Part shown: one piece after another, positions 16,596-25,669 of the stretch | How positions within the stretch are numbered: position 1 is the first letter of the stretch | How the letters are laid out: every line of letters starts with the position of its first letter | DNA from: a virus | Taxonomy: Duplodnaviria > Caudoviricetes | DNA: 53,126 nucleotides | Strand: one strand, 5' to 3' | Virus record (IMG/VR): IMGVR_UViG_3300031953_000274 | Span: 1-53,126 of that record | The notes under the pieces: model-generated | Told to the model about the DNA's origin: nothing | The model's input: only the letters and a program-made list of their open reading frames with translations | The model's database searches: none | Program-made: the position numbers and the translations under genes

Positions 16596-17068
16596 TAAAC
16601 CCTCATGCCGATAAGTGGGTTTCGTGTTGCGGCAAGCCTTCTATTTCTGGCTTTAGCAATATCTTCTGGCTCCAGCCAGATTATCGCGCCACGAACATCT
16701 GGCCAGGCATCATCAGACTTACTGGCGAGGTAGGCGACATCTTCCACAATGCCGCGCTCCTCTTGAGTGCAGACCGTGTAATCTTCTTGCCTTAGGGCGC
16801 AATCTATAACCGCGTGCTTTGCGGTCATCAGATCAACGCTGAAAAATTCTCTCGACCGGCTTGGGCGGTTTCCTTGCAGAGCTTCGTGAGCTAGCGCTTC
16901 AACGTCTTCAGGACAATCAACCAGCATTTCGAACTCAAGAACAAATGGAGATGGAACCCCTGTCTGATACATATTTTTGGCCCTCGACTGCCCGCCATTA
17001 ACCGAACGGCCAATCTTCAGAAGGCCGGGCATAGATGGGTTGCTGAGTATGTAGACGTAACCGCTCAT
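16595..17068 (-). CDS. GIY-YIG / T5orf172-domain protein
   Basis: GYVYILSNPSMPGLLKIGRS, TGVPSPF, E..AHEAL, REFF. Confidence 0.85.
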   Translation of the reverse strand: MSGYVYILSNPSMPGLLKIGRSVNGGQSRAKNMYQTGVPSPFVLEFEMLVDCPEDVEALAHEALQGNRPSRSREFFSVDLMTAKHAVIDCALRQEDYTVCTQEERGIVEDVAYLASKSDDAWPDVRGAIIWLEPEDIAKARNRRLAATRNPLIGMRV

Positions 17069-17274
17069 GCCAGCCCCCTGCTCTTTTCAATTTTGCGAAT
17101 CTCTGCGGGCGTCAACAGATCACTGCGGCGACGCGCCAGCCCGGCGTGTTCACGGGCTATCTGCTTCCACTTAGGGGTTATCCCCTCTTCGCGATCCATG
17201 ACGCAGCGAAGGTATGCCAGGCGACCTGTGTAGTAGGCGATCTTTACCTTGCGTATGAACGTATCCTTTGGCAT
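17065..17274 (-). CDS. Hypothetical protein
   Basis: 69 aa, GGAG RBS, overlap with next gene. Confidence 0.55.
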   Translation of the reverse strand: MPKDTFIRKVKIAYYTGRLAYLRCVMDREEGITPKWKQIAREHAGLARRRSDLLTPAEIRKIEKSRGLA

Positions 17275-17298
17275 GATCTTCTCCAGTTGTTTCTGATT

Positions 17299-17340
17299 AA
17301 CCCGGCGAGCTGTCCAACCAGCGTCTGAGCCGGGTTTTTT
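17299..17340 (+). terminator. Hairpin plus T-run, antisense to the early-right operon
   Basis: AACCCGGC...GCCGGGTT-TTTT. Confidence 0.5.
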
Positions 17341-17365
17341 GGTTTCTGGACACTTAAAATTCTAT

Positions 17366-17551
17366 TCAGTCACTTTTGGGTGACTTAAAAGCTCTAACCT
17401 CCCCCCTCTTCATTCTGATTTTTAAGCGACTGGTAATGCCGCCCATCGCCAGTCGCCCTATCGCTTCCTCTTCTGTCATTCCGTTTTCGTCTGCATATTT
17501 CTTAATAACTTCACTTTCGCGCTGAGATAGCACGGTGCTGATTTCGGGCAT
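17366..17551 (-). CDS. Small putative ribbon-helix-helix regulator
   Basis: 61 aa, GGGGAG RBS, downstream of cro. Confidence 0.5.
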   Translation of the reverse strand: MPEISTVLSQRESEVIKKYADENGMTEEEAIGRLAMGGITSRLKIRMKRGEVRAFKSPKSD

Positions 17552-17580
17552 GACTCCCCCGGTGACTTGAAAGTGAGTGT

Positions 17581-17769
17581 CTAACCCGCATCGCGGCGGC
17601 TATATTCAGGTCTGGAAATATCAGCAACGTGTTCTAGCGCCATTTCACGAATGTAAGCGCTGGGCTGCATACCGGCCCTTTCGGCAAGCAGCAAGACCAG
17701 ATGGTGATCGTCGTCATTCAACGAAATTTTGAAGGTGTTCTTCTTTATGTGTTTTGGATCTGCGTACAT
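17581..17769 (-). CDS. Small regulator at the cII position (RHH-like)
   Basis: FKISLND..LAERAGMQPSAYIRE; follows cro. Confidence 0.6.
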   Translation of the reverse strand: MYADPKHIKKNTFKISLNDDDHHLVLLLAERAGMQPSAYIREMALEHVADISRPEYSRRDAG

Positions 17770-17778
17770 GGTTTTCCC

Positions 17779-17961
17779 TCACGCTGCTTCTGGCTGGTCA
17801 GCCTTAAGCTTTCCTTTAGTCAATGCTTCGATCTGCCACTGGCGACCTTCCGGTATCCCTGCAGATTTCCACTGCGAAATAGCCCCTCGGGATACGCCCA
17901 TTTTCTTGGCCAGCTCGTGCGGCTTCGCGTCAAAATGCTTAAGAACTTGTTCCAGATTCAC
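17779..17961 (-). CDS. cro: Cro-like repressor
   Basis: LAKKMGVSRGAISQW..IPEGRQWQIEALTKGKLKAD; divergent from cI. Confidence 0.9.
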   Translation of the reverse strand: MNLEQVLKHFDAKPHELAKKMGVSRGAISQWKSAGIPEGRQWQIEALTKGKLKADQPEAA

Positions 17962-17988
17962 TGGCCACCTCCGATTGCTTTAGAGGCT

Positions 17989-18055
17989 AGTTTAGTATGC
18001 TTAATAAAATAGCGCAACACTCAATGTGCTTACTAAACACACAATCTCGTATTGT
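17989..18055. promoter_or_regulatory. pR / pRM switch with two operators (oR)
   Basis: Minus strand TTGCGC-17-TAAACT (18017-17989); operators TTTAGTATGCTTAA (17991-18004) and ATGTGCTTACTAAA (18024-18037); plus strand -10 TATTGT (18050-18055). Confidence 0.7.
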
Positions 18056-18062
18056 TTGCCGA

Positions 18063-18449
18063 ATGGAACTACACGAAAGAATTCAGCGAGCAATAAAAAT
18101 CTCTGGCGTTAAAGGCAAGGACGTTGCTGCCGCCTGCGAAGTAACCCCTGGCGCTGTTTCTCAGTGGATGGCCGGAAGCATAAAGAACCTAAAGTTCGCT
18201 AGCCTTTATGCCCTCAGCGACATAACCGGCTTCTCTGACCGCTGGATCGCCATGGAGGAAGGCCCGGAGCGCAACTCTGACCTGCCCGGCGTAAGGCTCG
18301 CCTCCCACGAAGCCGCCCTTCTCGATATTTACAGAGAGCTTTCTGACCGCGACAAGGAAATGTTATTCGGCATTATTCGGGGCATGAAAAGCGTTGACGT
18401 TACACCCCCAAAGCGACATGGCAGGAAGGAATCAAAAGCGACCGGGTGA
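18063..18449 (+). CDS. cI: CI-like repressor (XRE HTH, no S24 peptidase domain)
   Basis: MELHERIQRA..DVAAACEVTPGAVSQW..LSDITGFSDRWIA..GP; 128 aa from ATG 18063. Confidence 0.88.
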   Translation: MELHERIQRAIKISGVKGKDVAAACEVTPGAVSQWMAGSIKNLKFASLYALSDITGFSDRWIAMEEGPERNSDLPGVRLASHEAALLDIYRELSDRDKEMLFGIIRGMKSVDVTPPKRHGRKESKATG

Positions 18450-18543
18450 AGCTGATTTGTGATTTCAGACCCTGCTCTCTCTGCCATATCCACGATTGCT
18501 TAGCCCGCAATTACCTACACCACCAAAAATAAAATTAATTCAG

Positions 18544-18593
18544 TTAAGTTTACTGAATATTTTCTTGACCTTCTGAGTTTAGTTTACTAAAGT
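18544..18593 (+). promoter_or_regulatory. pL promoter with two operators (oL)
   Basis: TTGACC(18565)-17-TAAAGT(18588); operators TTAAGTTTACTGAA (18544-18557) and TTTAGTTTACTAAA (18578-18591). Confidence 0.8.
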
Positions 18594-18627
18594 TAGTTCC
18601 ATAAGATATTCACTGGAGCTAAACAAC

Positions 18628-18795
18628 ATGACCACAACCCATCGCACCATCCACACCGGCAGCCGGCACCCCGTCAAGGGCGCTACGGCCACGCCCATCA
18701 AGTCTGTCGAGCTGACCGGCATCGACGCTAAATCAAATGCGCAGCGGCTGGCTGAGTACGTCCTGCGGCGCGACAACTTGAGGTTTGCAGCATGA
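18628..18795 (+). CDS. First early-left gene, hypothetical (55 aa)
   Basis: Read by hand (MTTTHRTIH...RFAA); GGAG RBS; ATGA overlap with next gene. Confidence 0.55.
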   Translation: MTTTHRTIHTGSRHPVKGATATPIKSVELTGIDAKSNAQRLAEYVLRRDNLRFAA

Positions 18796-19136
18796 GCCTG
18801 GAAAAACTCAAAGAGCTTGAGGATCAGGCCCAATCAGAGGCGTCGAGGTCTAAGAGGTTAGAGAATGCAAAGAACCTGCTCGCTTCAACTAGGAATGGCC
18901 CCTACTCGCTTGTCGATGCTTTAGAGAATGTGATTAAGGAATGGCGCCACGGGTTAAGTATGGAGGCAAGGGACGAGTTGCATTCGGTTTTGAATGAAAT
19001 GGCATGTGACATCTACCGAATTGCTGAAATGCGCCTTGCGGCAAGGGCTCGGTTTCACAAGGTCCAAGCGGCCCAAAAACGGGCGATTGTTACCGCCTCC
19101 ATTTTGCCACTTCCAGATGCGGAGCAATCAGCATGA
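18792..19136 (+). CDS. Hypothetical protein
   Basis: 114 aa, ATGA-coupled. Confidence 0.6.
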   Translation: MSLEKLKELEDQAQSEASRSKRLENAKNLLASTRNGPYSLVDALENVIKEWRHGLSMEARDELHSVLNEMACDIYRIAEMRLAARARFHKVQAAQKRAIVTASILPLPDAEQSA

Positions 19137-19372
19137 TCGACGCAACGATACATCACCCAATTCCAGCCGGTAGAAACGTGTTCCACACAATCAGGGGCCA
19201 GATGGGTCAGCTAGACCTGAACGCCGAACTGGACGACACACTGCCAGAGGCGCGGGTTTTTGTGACACGGAAAGAGGCACTGGCGCTGGCTGAAGCCTTT
19301 GCTGAGCTGGCGATTGACATAGAAGGCGCTGAGACGATTGCGGCGCTGGTTAGAAAAGGGGAAGCGGCATGA
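19133..19372 (+). CDS. Hypothetical protein
   Basis: 79 aa, ATGA-coupled. Confidence 0.6.
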   Translation: MIDATIHHPIPAGRNVFHTIRGQMGQLDLNAELDDTLPEARVFVTRKEALALAEAFAELAIDIEGAETIAALVRKGEAA

Positions 19373-19482
19373 CCTTCCTAATCGAAATGTCCGCAGTCCT
19401 ACTCATCGGCCTGGTCGTTAGCACAATCGTCTGCCTGGCCAGCGCGCCGTGCGCAATGAGTGTGCGTAGGGGGTCGAAATGA
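19369..19482 (+). CDS. Small membrane peptide (37 aa)
   Basis: Read by hand; ATGA overlaps at both ends. Confidence 0.45.
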   Translation: MTFLIEMSAVLLIGLVVSTIVCLASAPCAMSVRRGSK

Positions 19483-19856
19483 GCACCGTAACGCCAAGGC
19501 CGTGGATGGCAGTTCAGCTGGTAAACGAGGACGGCAGCAGGATGACTGCACAGGAGTCGTCTGTGTACGCGGCAAATACTGCTATCCATGGCGGCGAGGG
19601 CTTTTATGCAGTGCAGGCCAGGAAGGACGACGACGGCAAGCTGTATGACGTGTGCCACACAGGTAATGGCCCTGACTCTAAATGGAACGCCAGCGCTATA
19701 GCTGAGGCCGTGAACTATCACGAGCGGCTGGTTGAGGCTCTGAATGAACTGCTGGAATTTGAGGGTGATTACAGCCCGAATGAAATACGGCTGGCAGACA
19801 CCTGCGCAAATGCCCGCAGCGTTCTAGCCGAGATGGAAAAGGAGCCGACGCAATGA
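19479..19856 (+). CDS. Hypothetical protein (TPxPW family), paralogous ends with 20101-20457
   Basis: MSTVTPRPW...NA..I..AVNYHERL. Confidence 0.7.
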   Translation: MSTVTPRPWMAVQLVNEDGSRMTAQESSVYAANTAIHGGEGFYAVQARKDDDGKLYDVCHTGNGPDSKWNASAIAEAVNYHERLVEALNELLEFEGDYSPNEIRLADTCANARSVLAEMEKEPTQ

Positions 19857-20104
19857 ACAATTCAGATATGCCGGCCATGCCGCAGCCGGACATTTTTCAC
19901 GGAAACGGGGCGATTGAGTACGGTTCGCCTGGGCTTACCAAACGTGAGTATTTTGCAGCAAGAGCAATGGAGGCAATTATCGCCAGCAAGCACTTTGAGA
20001 TCCAGTGGTGGGACCAAGACGAGAAGCAGGATTCATTTGCTAAGTCAGCTTGGGGCTACGCGGACGCAATGCTTAACGCTCAAGAAAAGGAGCCGACGAA
20101 ATGA
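19853..20104 (+). CDS. Conserved phage protein (GLTKREYFAA motif)
   Basis: PAMP..GLTKREYFAARAM..ADAML. Confidence 0.75.
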   Translation: MNNSDMPAMPQPDIFHGNGAIEYGSPGLTKREYFAARAMEAIIASKHFEIQWWDQDEKQDSFAKSAWGYADAMLNAQEKEPTK

Positions 20105-20457
20105 GCAACGTAACGCCAAGGCCATGGGCCTCAATAGATCACGGGGCTGGAGAGATTGTTGTTTACCGGCCCGAGACAGAGGAAGCCATTTGCACCTTCG
20201 ATGACACAGACGGGTCATGGGGGTGGCCAAAAAATTACAGCACTAACGGCAACGCGAAAGATAACGCCGCTCACATCGTCAAATGCGTGAACTATCACGA
20301 GCAACTAATTCATGCGCTGCGATGGTATGAGGGAAATGCCCGCCTATGCCGAAAGATCACGGACTCGGGCGAAGAGGCGAGAACGGCGCTAGATAGGGAT
20401 GGCGGCGAATTGGCCCGCAGCGTTCTATCCGAGCTGGAACAGGAGCCGAAGCAATGA
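20101..20457 (+). CDS. Hypothetical protein (TPxPW family)
   Basis: MSNVTPRPW...NAAHIVKCVNYHEQL. Confidence 0.7.
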   Translation: MSNVTPRPWASIDHGAGEIVVYRPETEEAICTFDDTDGSWGWPKNYSTNGNAKDNAAHIVKCVNYHEQLIHALRWYEGNARLCRKITDSGEEARTALDRDGGELARSVLSELEQEPKQ

Positions 20458-20798
20458 ACAAATCAAACATGCAGAACCAGCGTGAGATTGACGAAGCGGC
20501 AGAGATTGAAAACCGCACCGAAGAGCTGGCTATTGAGATGACATCGGCTCTGGCCAGTGGTGAGGACTTCCACCTGGAAACTGTCGATGGCTACAACAGC
20601 TTTGGCGCATACGAAGTCGTTGAAGCGATGAGGACAATAGAGCCTGAAATTTTCTATGACTCGGTTTTTGCGCTCAACGGGGCCGCCAAAAAAAGCCTGG
20701 CCAAGCTGAAGGTTGAAGCGATTACCGAGGTAGTCAAGGACGCGCCGCTGGTTGATGCGGTGATTTTTGAGCGTAAACAGATGGAGCGTGCGGCATGA
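20454..20798 (+). CDS. Acidic hypothetical protein upstream of the recombinase
   Basis: 114 aa, Glu/Asp-rich, ATGA-coupled. Confidence 0.65.
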   Translation: MNKSNMQNQREIDEAAEIENRTEELAIEMTSALASGEDFHLETVDGYNSFGAYEVVEAMRTIEPEIFYDSVFALNGAAKKSLAKLKVEAITEVVKDAPLVDAVIFERKQMERAA

Positions 20799-21574
20799 AC
20801 GCAATAGCAAAAACAAAAGGCATGGGGTTCGCCCTGCAGCCAAACAGCATGGATGAGGCTTTCCGAATGGCAGAGATGCTGGCCGGCAGTCAAATGGTGC
20901 CAAAGAACTATCAGGGCAAGCCACAGGACGCGCTGGTCGCAATGATGATGGGCTCTGAGCTTGGGCTTAACCCGATCCAGTCCCTTGCCAATGTTGCAGT
21001 GATTAATGGCAAGCCTGCGATTTACGGGGATGCACTTCTGGCTCTGGTTCAGAACCATCCGAAGTTTGGCGGGCATGAAGAATCGTTTGAAGAGAGCGGC
21101 ATGGTCGCCACCTGCACGGTTTGGCGCAAAGGTGACGCTACCAAACACACAGTCACGTTCAGCCAGGCTGACGCACGAAAGGCGGGGCTTTGGGAAAAGT
21201 CCGGGCCGTGGACTCAATACCCAAAGCGGATGCTTATGTGGCGCGCCAGAGGCTACGCATTGCGCGACAAGTTTGCCGATGCCCTTGGTGGCCTGATTAC
21301 CGTCGAAGAAGCGCGGGATATTCCCGAGCAGGATATGGGCGTTGCGAGTCGAGCTCCGCAATCACAGGAATCGGAAGGCCTGGCCAATAAGTGGATCGGC
21401 AGGGCAAACACTGCCGGCAGCGCAGACGATCTATCAAAGGTCTGGAAGGATGGTCTGGCAGAGATAAAGAGTGCTGGCGATATGAAAGCCTACGGCGAGT
21501 TCAAGAATGCCGTGGCAACTCGCGGAGAAAGGCTGAAAGAGCTGGAACAAAAGGTTTCGGAGGTGGCGCAATGA
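20795..21574 (+). CDS. recT: RecT-family single-strand annealing recombinase
   Basis: VPKNYQGKP, GSELGLNPIQSL..INGKPAIYGD, WTQYPKRMLMWRA..ALRDKF.D.LGG. Confidence 0.8.
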   Translation: MNAIAKTKGMGFALQPNSMDEAFRMAEMLAGSQMVPKNYQGKPQDALVAMMMGSELGLNPIQSLANVAVINGKPAIYGDALLALVQNHPKFGGHEESFEESGMVATCTVWRKGDATKHTVTFSQADARKAGLWEKSGPWTQYPKRMLMWRARGYALRDKFADALGGLITVEEARDIPEQDMGVASRAPQSQESEGLANKWIGRANTAGSADDLSKVWKDGLAEIKSAGDMKAYGEFKNAVATRGERLKELEQKVSEVAQ

Positions 21575-22245
21575 TTACGCTTAATCTTGTGCAGGGATCT
21601 GACTCTTGGCTACAGGCCAGAGCTGCAGTTATCACCGCATCCCGGTTTGTGGATGCCCGCGCCAAGCTGACACGAAAGAGCAAGACCGGCGAGGCTGGCG
21701 ATTTTGCAGCCAAGGCCATTGATTACGCATGGACGGTAGCCCTTGAGCGTATCGCCTGCAAGCCCTTGGACGACACGTTTGTTACGTGGCAGATGCGCCG
21801 TGGAAGTACGCTCGAACCTGAAGCGCGTATGGCCTACGAAATGGAAACCGGTTTGCTGGCTGGCGAGTCTGGCCTGCTTCTGACCGATGACAGCGTATTC
21901 GGGTATTCATCGGACGGCCTTGTAGACGATGACGGAATGGTTGAAATCAAGTGCCCGGCCAACTGCCAGAAGATCGGGACAACCTGGGCCAACCCTGACA
22001 GCGCTGTTGACGATTACATAGATCAGATTCAGGGCGGCATGTGGATCACCGGACGCAAGTGGTGCGACTTCATCATGTACTGCCCATGGCTGGAGTCAGT
22101 GGGCAAGGAGTTGTTCGTTAAGCGCGTGCTGCGTGATGACAACTATATCGAGGCATTGGAAAGCGACCTGATGGAATTTCACAGGATGGTTTCTGTTTTC
22201 GTTGAGAGCATCGCCAGCAAAAATACAAAGAGGAAGGCAGCATGA
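21571..22245 (+). CDS. YqaJ / lambda-exonuclease family protein
   Basis: Start MITL at 21571; QGSDSWLQAR..ITAS, G..LEPEAR, SSDGL, EIKCP, QIQGGMW. Confidence 0.9.
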   Translation: MITLNLVQGSDSWLQARAAVITASRFVDARAKLTRKSKTGEAGDFAAKAIDYAWTVALERIACKPLDDTFVTWQMRRGSTLEPEARMAYEMETGLLAGESGLLLTDDSVFGYSSDGLVDDDGMVEIKCPANCQKIGTTWANPDSAVDDYIDQIQGGMWITGRKWCDFIMYCPWLESVGKELFVKRVLRDDNYIEALESDLMEFHRMVSVFVESIASKNTKRKAA

Positions 22246-23330
22246 CCACAACCATAGAAAGAGAATCAACCGAGCTGGTGACGGTGCCACCAAAAGAGAC
22301 AGCCTTGCAGACGTTCACTGCGGACAAAGGGCTTGATCCTTACCTGAAAACCATCCGCCAGGAGCTTGATAAATTTCTGTCCGATGCCCCGGCACTGGAT
22401 ACCGCGAAAGGCAGAAAGCAGTACGCCTCAATGGCCTACAAAATAGCCCAAAGCAAAACGGCTATCGACAACCTCGGAAAAGAGCTTGTGGCCGATCTAA
22501 AGAAGCAGCCGGCTAAGGTTGACGCTGAGCGCAAGCGGTGGCGCGACCAACTGGACGCATGGCGCGACGAAGCCCGAGGCCCGCTGAATGAGTGGGAAGC
22601 GGCTGAAGATGCTCGTATTGCAAAGCACCAAGATCACATAGAGCAAATCAAGGGCTTTGATGTTTGCGACGGATTAACTGCCGCCGGCATCTCTGCTCAG
22701 CTAGACAACCTGAAAGCAATTACTGTTGACGCGCAATATCAGGAGTTTGAAGCAGAGGCGCACAGGGCAAAAGAGCAGGCCGTTAAGGCGCTTGAGATTG
22801 CACTCCAGCGCCAGTCGAAGCACGAAGCTGAACAGGCTGAGCTTGACCGGCTGCGGCAAGAAGCGGCGGAGCGTGCACAGAAAGAGCGCGAGGAACAGAT
22901 TGCCAAAGATGCTGCAGACAATGCCCGCCGCCAGGCTGAGCAAGCCGCACAGGCAGAACGTGACGCCGCTGCCAACCGTGAACGCATGGCAAAGGAAGAG
23001 GCCGAACGGAAGGAGCGTGAAGTCAAGGAAGCGACAGAGCGCCGGGAGAGTGAGCACCAGGCTGCCATTGATAAAGCGCAGCGTGACGCTGCCCAAGAAC
23101 GTCAGCGGATCGAAGCCGAGCACAAGCGCATTGAAGATGACCGGCTGGCCGAAGAGCAGCGCCAGAAGAGAGAGATACTGGCGCGCCAGGCAGATAAAGA
23201 CCATCGAGGCGCCGTTAATCGGTTAGCTCTTGAGGCAATGATTAAAGGCGGGATGCCGGAGGATTGCGCAAAGCAGGCGATCACTCTGATCGCAAGATGC
23301 CAAATCCCGAACGTCACAATCAACTACTGA
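22242..23330 (+). CDS. Long coiled-coil phage protein
   Basis: TAKGRKQYASMAYKIAQSKT N-terminus, E/A/R/K-rich middle, IPNVTINY end. Confidence 0.75.
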   Translation: MTTTIERESTELVTVPPKETALQTFTADKGLDPYLKTIRQELDKFLSDAPALDTAKGRKQYASMAYKIAQSKTAIDNLGKELVADLKKQPAKVDAERKRWRDQLDAWRDEARGPLNEWEAAEDARIAKHQDHIEQIKGFDVCDGLTAAGISAQLDNLKAITVDAQYQEFEAEAHRAKEQAVKALEIALQRQSKHEAEQAELDRLRQEAAERAQKEREEQIAKDAADNARRQAEQAAQAERDAAANRERMAKEEAERKEREVKEATERRESEHQAAIDKAQRDAAQERQRIEAEHKRIEDDRLAEEQRQKREILARQADKDHRGAVNRLALEAMIKGGMPEDCAKQAITLIARCQIPNVTINY

Positions 23331-23345
23331 GCAGGAGGCCGCGTA

Positions 23346-23999
23346 ATGCCGAAAATCAAACTAACCATAACCCGCGATACCCTGGCAAAACTGAAGGCCA
23401 TGAAGAAGGCTGACAGCAGCCTTTCCAAGCGCGACTGCGGACACAAGCTCGGCGTGTGCCTTGTCACCCTGAACCGGGCTGCGGACCGCGCAGGATTGCG
23501 AGATGAGTTGACGAAGATTTTCCCGGTAAGCGTGTTCACTGGCGCGGAGTCGTCAAAGCCAACGGCTAAATCAGTGGAGAGAAATCTTAGCGAAGAACTC
23601 CGCGCCATAATCCGCCGACGCTACGCCCGGGGCCGCAGAAATTCCGCGGAGGCTCGCGAGCTTAACGACGCATCCGTGGCGCTATCCCTGAACACCACTC
23701 GCGGCAACGTGTACAGCGTCAGCAAGGGCCGGACACCGAGGGGTGTGAACGCTGAAACGGTTGAAAAGATCCGGGCTGCAATCGTTCGGCGTCATTATCA
23801 CCAGCGCATGGCCTTGGCCGATACGGCAGCCCAGATTTCGCGGGATACCGGGATGGCAGAAGATGTTATCCGCAACCTGTGCCATTACGTGCGCCAGAGC
23901 GAGCGCGCGGGAGGGTCGAGCGGCATTGGAAAGGGTTCGGCCTGGTTATTTCTAACAGCGCCGGCGTGTAATCCGGGGCAATGTGTGGGGTATTACTGA
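23346..23999 (+). CDS. Basic, putative multi-HTH DNA-binding protein
   Basis: 217 aa, AGGAGG RBS, very Arg/Lys-rich. Confidence 0.55.
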   Translation: MPKIKLTITRDTLAKLKAMKKADSSLSKRDCGHKLGVCLVTLNRAADRAGLRDELTKIFPVSVFTGAESSKPTAKSVERNLSEELRAIIRRRYARGRRNSAEARELNDASVALSLNTTRGNVYSVSKGRTPRGVNAETVEKIRAAIVRRHYHQRMALADTAAQISRDTGMAEDVIRNLCHYVRQSERAGGSSGIGKGSAWLFLTAPACNPGQCVGYY

Positions 24000-24000
24000 G

Positions 24001-25071
24001 ATGAGCAACTTACAGGAATGGATCAATGCGGCCTTGCTGGTCGCTGAAGCGGAAGGCATGGAGGATGAAGTGGTTATAAACACATGGCCACAGTCTTGTG
24101 TTAAAAGCTTTCCCGATATGTATCCGCAGCTTACCGTTGGGGCTTTGCGGGAGTGGCAAGCAGCCAGCGCGCAGGATGGCGGGGAGCCTGTGGGCATTGT
24201 AGAGCTTTCGGATTACATGCTTTTTGGTACAGATCGCAAGAAAGCCGTTGCTGAACTTTACGATGGGGCGCTGCAATCGCTGCCCGTAGGCACAAATCTC
24301 TACACCCACCCGCCCAGCGCCGTGGTGCCGGATGAGCGTGGAACGAATCAATACGGTTTAGATGTGGGCTACTTCCGCAAACTGTTTAACCGAGAGCTAA
24401 GTAGCCTTAGAAGTTTTCGGCCCGATGAGCTAGCCAGAGTCCTTGCTCGTGCGGCTAGAACGGCAGATGCGTCAGTGCTTCAGGAAAGTGAGTTTCAGTG
24501 CGGTGCCGTGGTGCCAGATTGGGAAATTGAAGCGAAGCGGGCTTTCTGGTCAGGCCTGGAAATTGGCTCATCCATGGGGTCGGTGGCGATATTGCCGAGA
24601 TGGGATGAATACATTGCTAAGCGCAAAGGCGAGATTTCAGCAAGACCGCCCAGCGCCGTGGTGCCGGATGGGAGGAAGCTGGTTCCGGTTGAGCCTACTC
24701 CGGAAATGAGAGAAGCCTTTTTTGGCGCGCAAGAAGAATGCGAAACCTTTAAAGGGAGGCACGGGCCGGCAATGCCAGACCACCAGTGGGCAGCAATGCT
24801 TGCAGCCGCCCCACAACAGCCCGTGCAAGGGCAGTGGGTACCAACACAAGACACAGAAACCCGCTGGATATTGGGGCGCCCTTGCTTCGTGTGTGCCGGT
24901 ATCGCTCAAAACTTGAGGGCAAAGGGTTATGAGATAGAGCGAAAAGCCGAGGACGAACAGGCGGTCGTTATCGACTGGATGTTGAGCCTTTACGCAAAAC
25001 ATGGCCCTGACTGGCGGTCGGAAGCTGAGTCCTTTCTAGCAGCGCCACCTGAGCAGGAGCAAGAATCGTGA
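24001..25071 (+). CDS. Mosaic Ead/Ea22-like protein with repeated linkers
   Basis: Start MSNLQ at 24001; AVVPD linker three times; LVPVEPTPEM..WAAMLAAAP; RWILGRPCF..KAEDEQA modules. Confidence 0.7.
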   Translation: MSNLQEWINAALLVAEAEGMEDEVVINTWPQSCVKSFPDMYPQLTVGALREWQAASAQDGGEPVGIVELSDYMLFGTDRKKAVAELYDGALQSLPVGTNLYTHPPSAVVPDERGTNQYGLDVGYFRKLFNRELSSLRSFRPDELARVLARAARTADASVLQESEFQCGAVVPDWEIEAKRAFWSGLEIGSSMGSVAILPRWDEYIAKRKGEISARPPSAVVPDGRKLVPVEPTPEMREAFFGAQEECETFKGRHGPAMPDHQWAAMLAAAPQQPVQGQWVPTQDTETRWILGRPCFVCAGIAQNLRAKGYEIERKAEDEQAVVIDWMLSLYAKHGPDWRSEAESFLAAPPEQEQES

Positions 25072-25280
25072 GCATGAAATACATCCGTGATTATTACAGC
25101 GTTCCTGCAAAGCGTGGGGCACGTGTCGAGTACACGGGCGGAATCACTCCAAAAACTGGGGTGATTACATCGGCCAGGGGCGCAAAAATAAACATTCGTA
25201 TGGATGGACTGCAGCACCCTCGGCCATATCACCCGACCTGGGAAATCCGCTACCTGGACAAGCAGGAGCAAGAATCATGA
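25068..25280 (+). CDS. Conserved small phage protein
   Basis: YIRDYYSVPAKRGARV..YHPTWEIRY. Confidence 0.7.
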   Translation: MSMKYIRDYYSVPAKRGARVEYTGGITPKTGVITSARGAKINIRMDGLQHPRPYHPTWEIRYLDKQEQES

Positions 25281-25669
25281 GCACCGATAACCACGATCTT
25301 GACGAGAGGGTTTTCCAATTTAGGCTCATGGAACTGCCCGGCCAGCCCATGATGATGCACATGGGAACCAACAGGCTGGTCAACGATCTGCACGCTGAAC
25401 TGAAACGTGAACGGGCGCGAGTGGCCGAGCTTGAGTCAGTTCTGGTCAGAGGAGTGGAAGGCGAAGAATATTTCTGGCGAGATGATGCTGAGAAAGCTTT
25501 GAACGGCAGCTCTACCGCTGCATGGCTACTGCGGCAGAAGGCTGATGCGGTTGATGCGATAGCCGAGAACATGGTTCGGGATATGACTGTGAGCGACATC
25601 AGAATGGTCGCCAGTCTACATCGACAAGCCGCCGATGAGGCCGACAAGGCTGGAGGTGGTGATGAGTGA
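25277..25669 (+). CDS. Hypothetical protein (cassette family)
   Basis: ARVAEL..LRQKA..DEADKAGGG shared with next gene. Confidence 0.65.
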   Translation: MSTDNHDLDERVFQFRLMELPGQPMMMHMGTNRLVNDLHAELKRERARVAELESVLVRGVEGEEYFWRDDAEKALNGSSTAAWLLRQKADAVDAIAENMVRDMTVSDIRMVASLHRQAADEADKAGGGDE

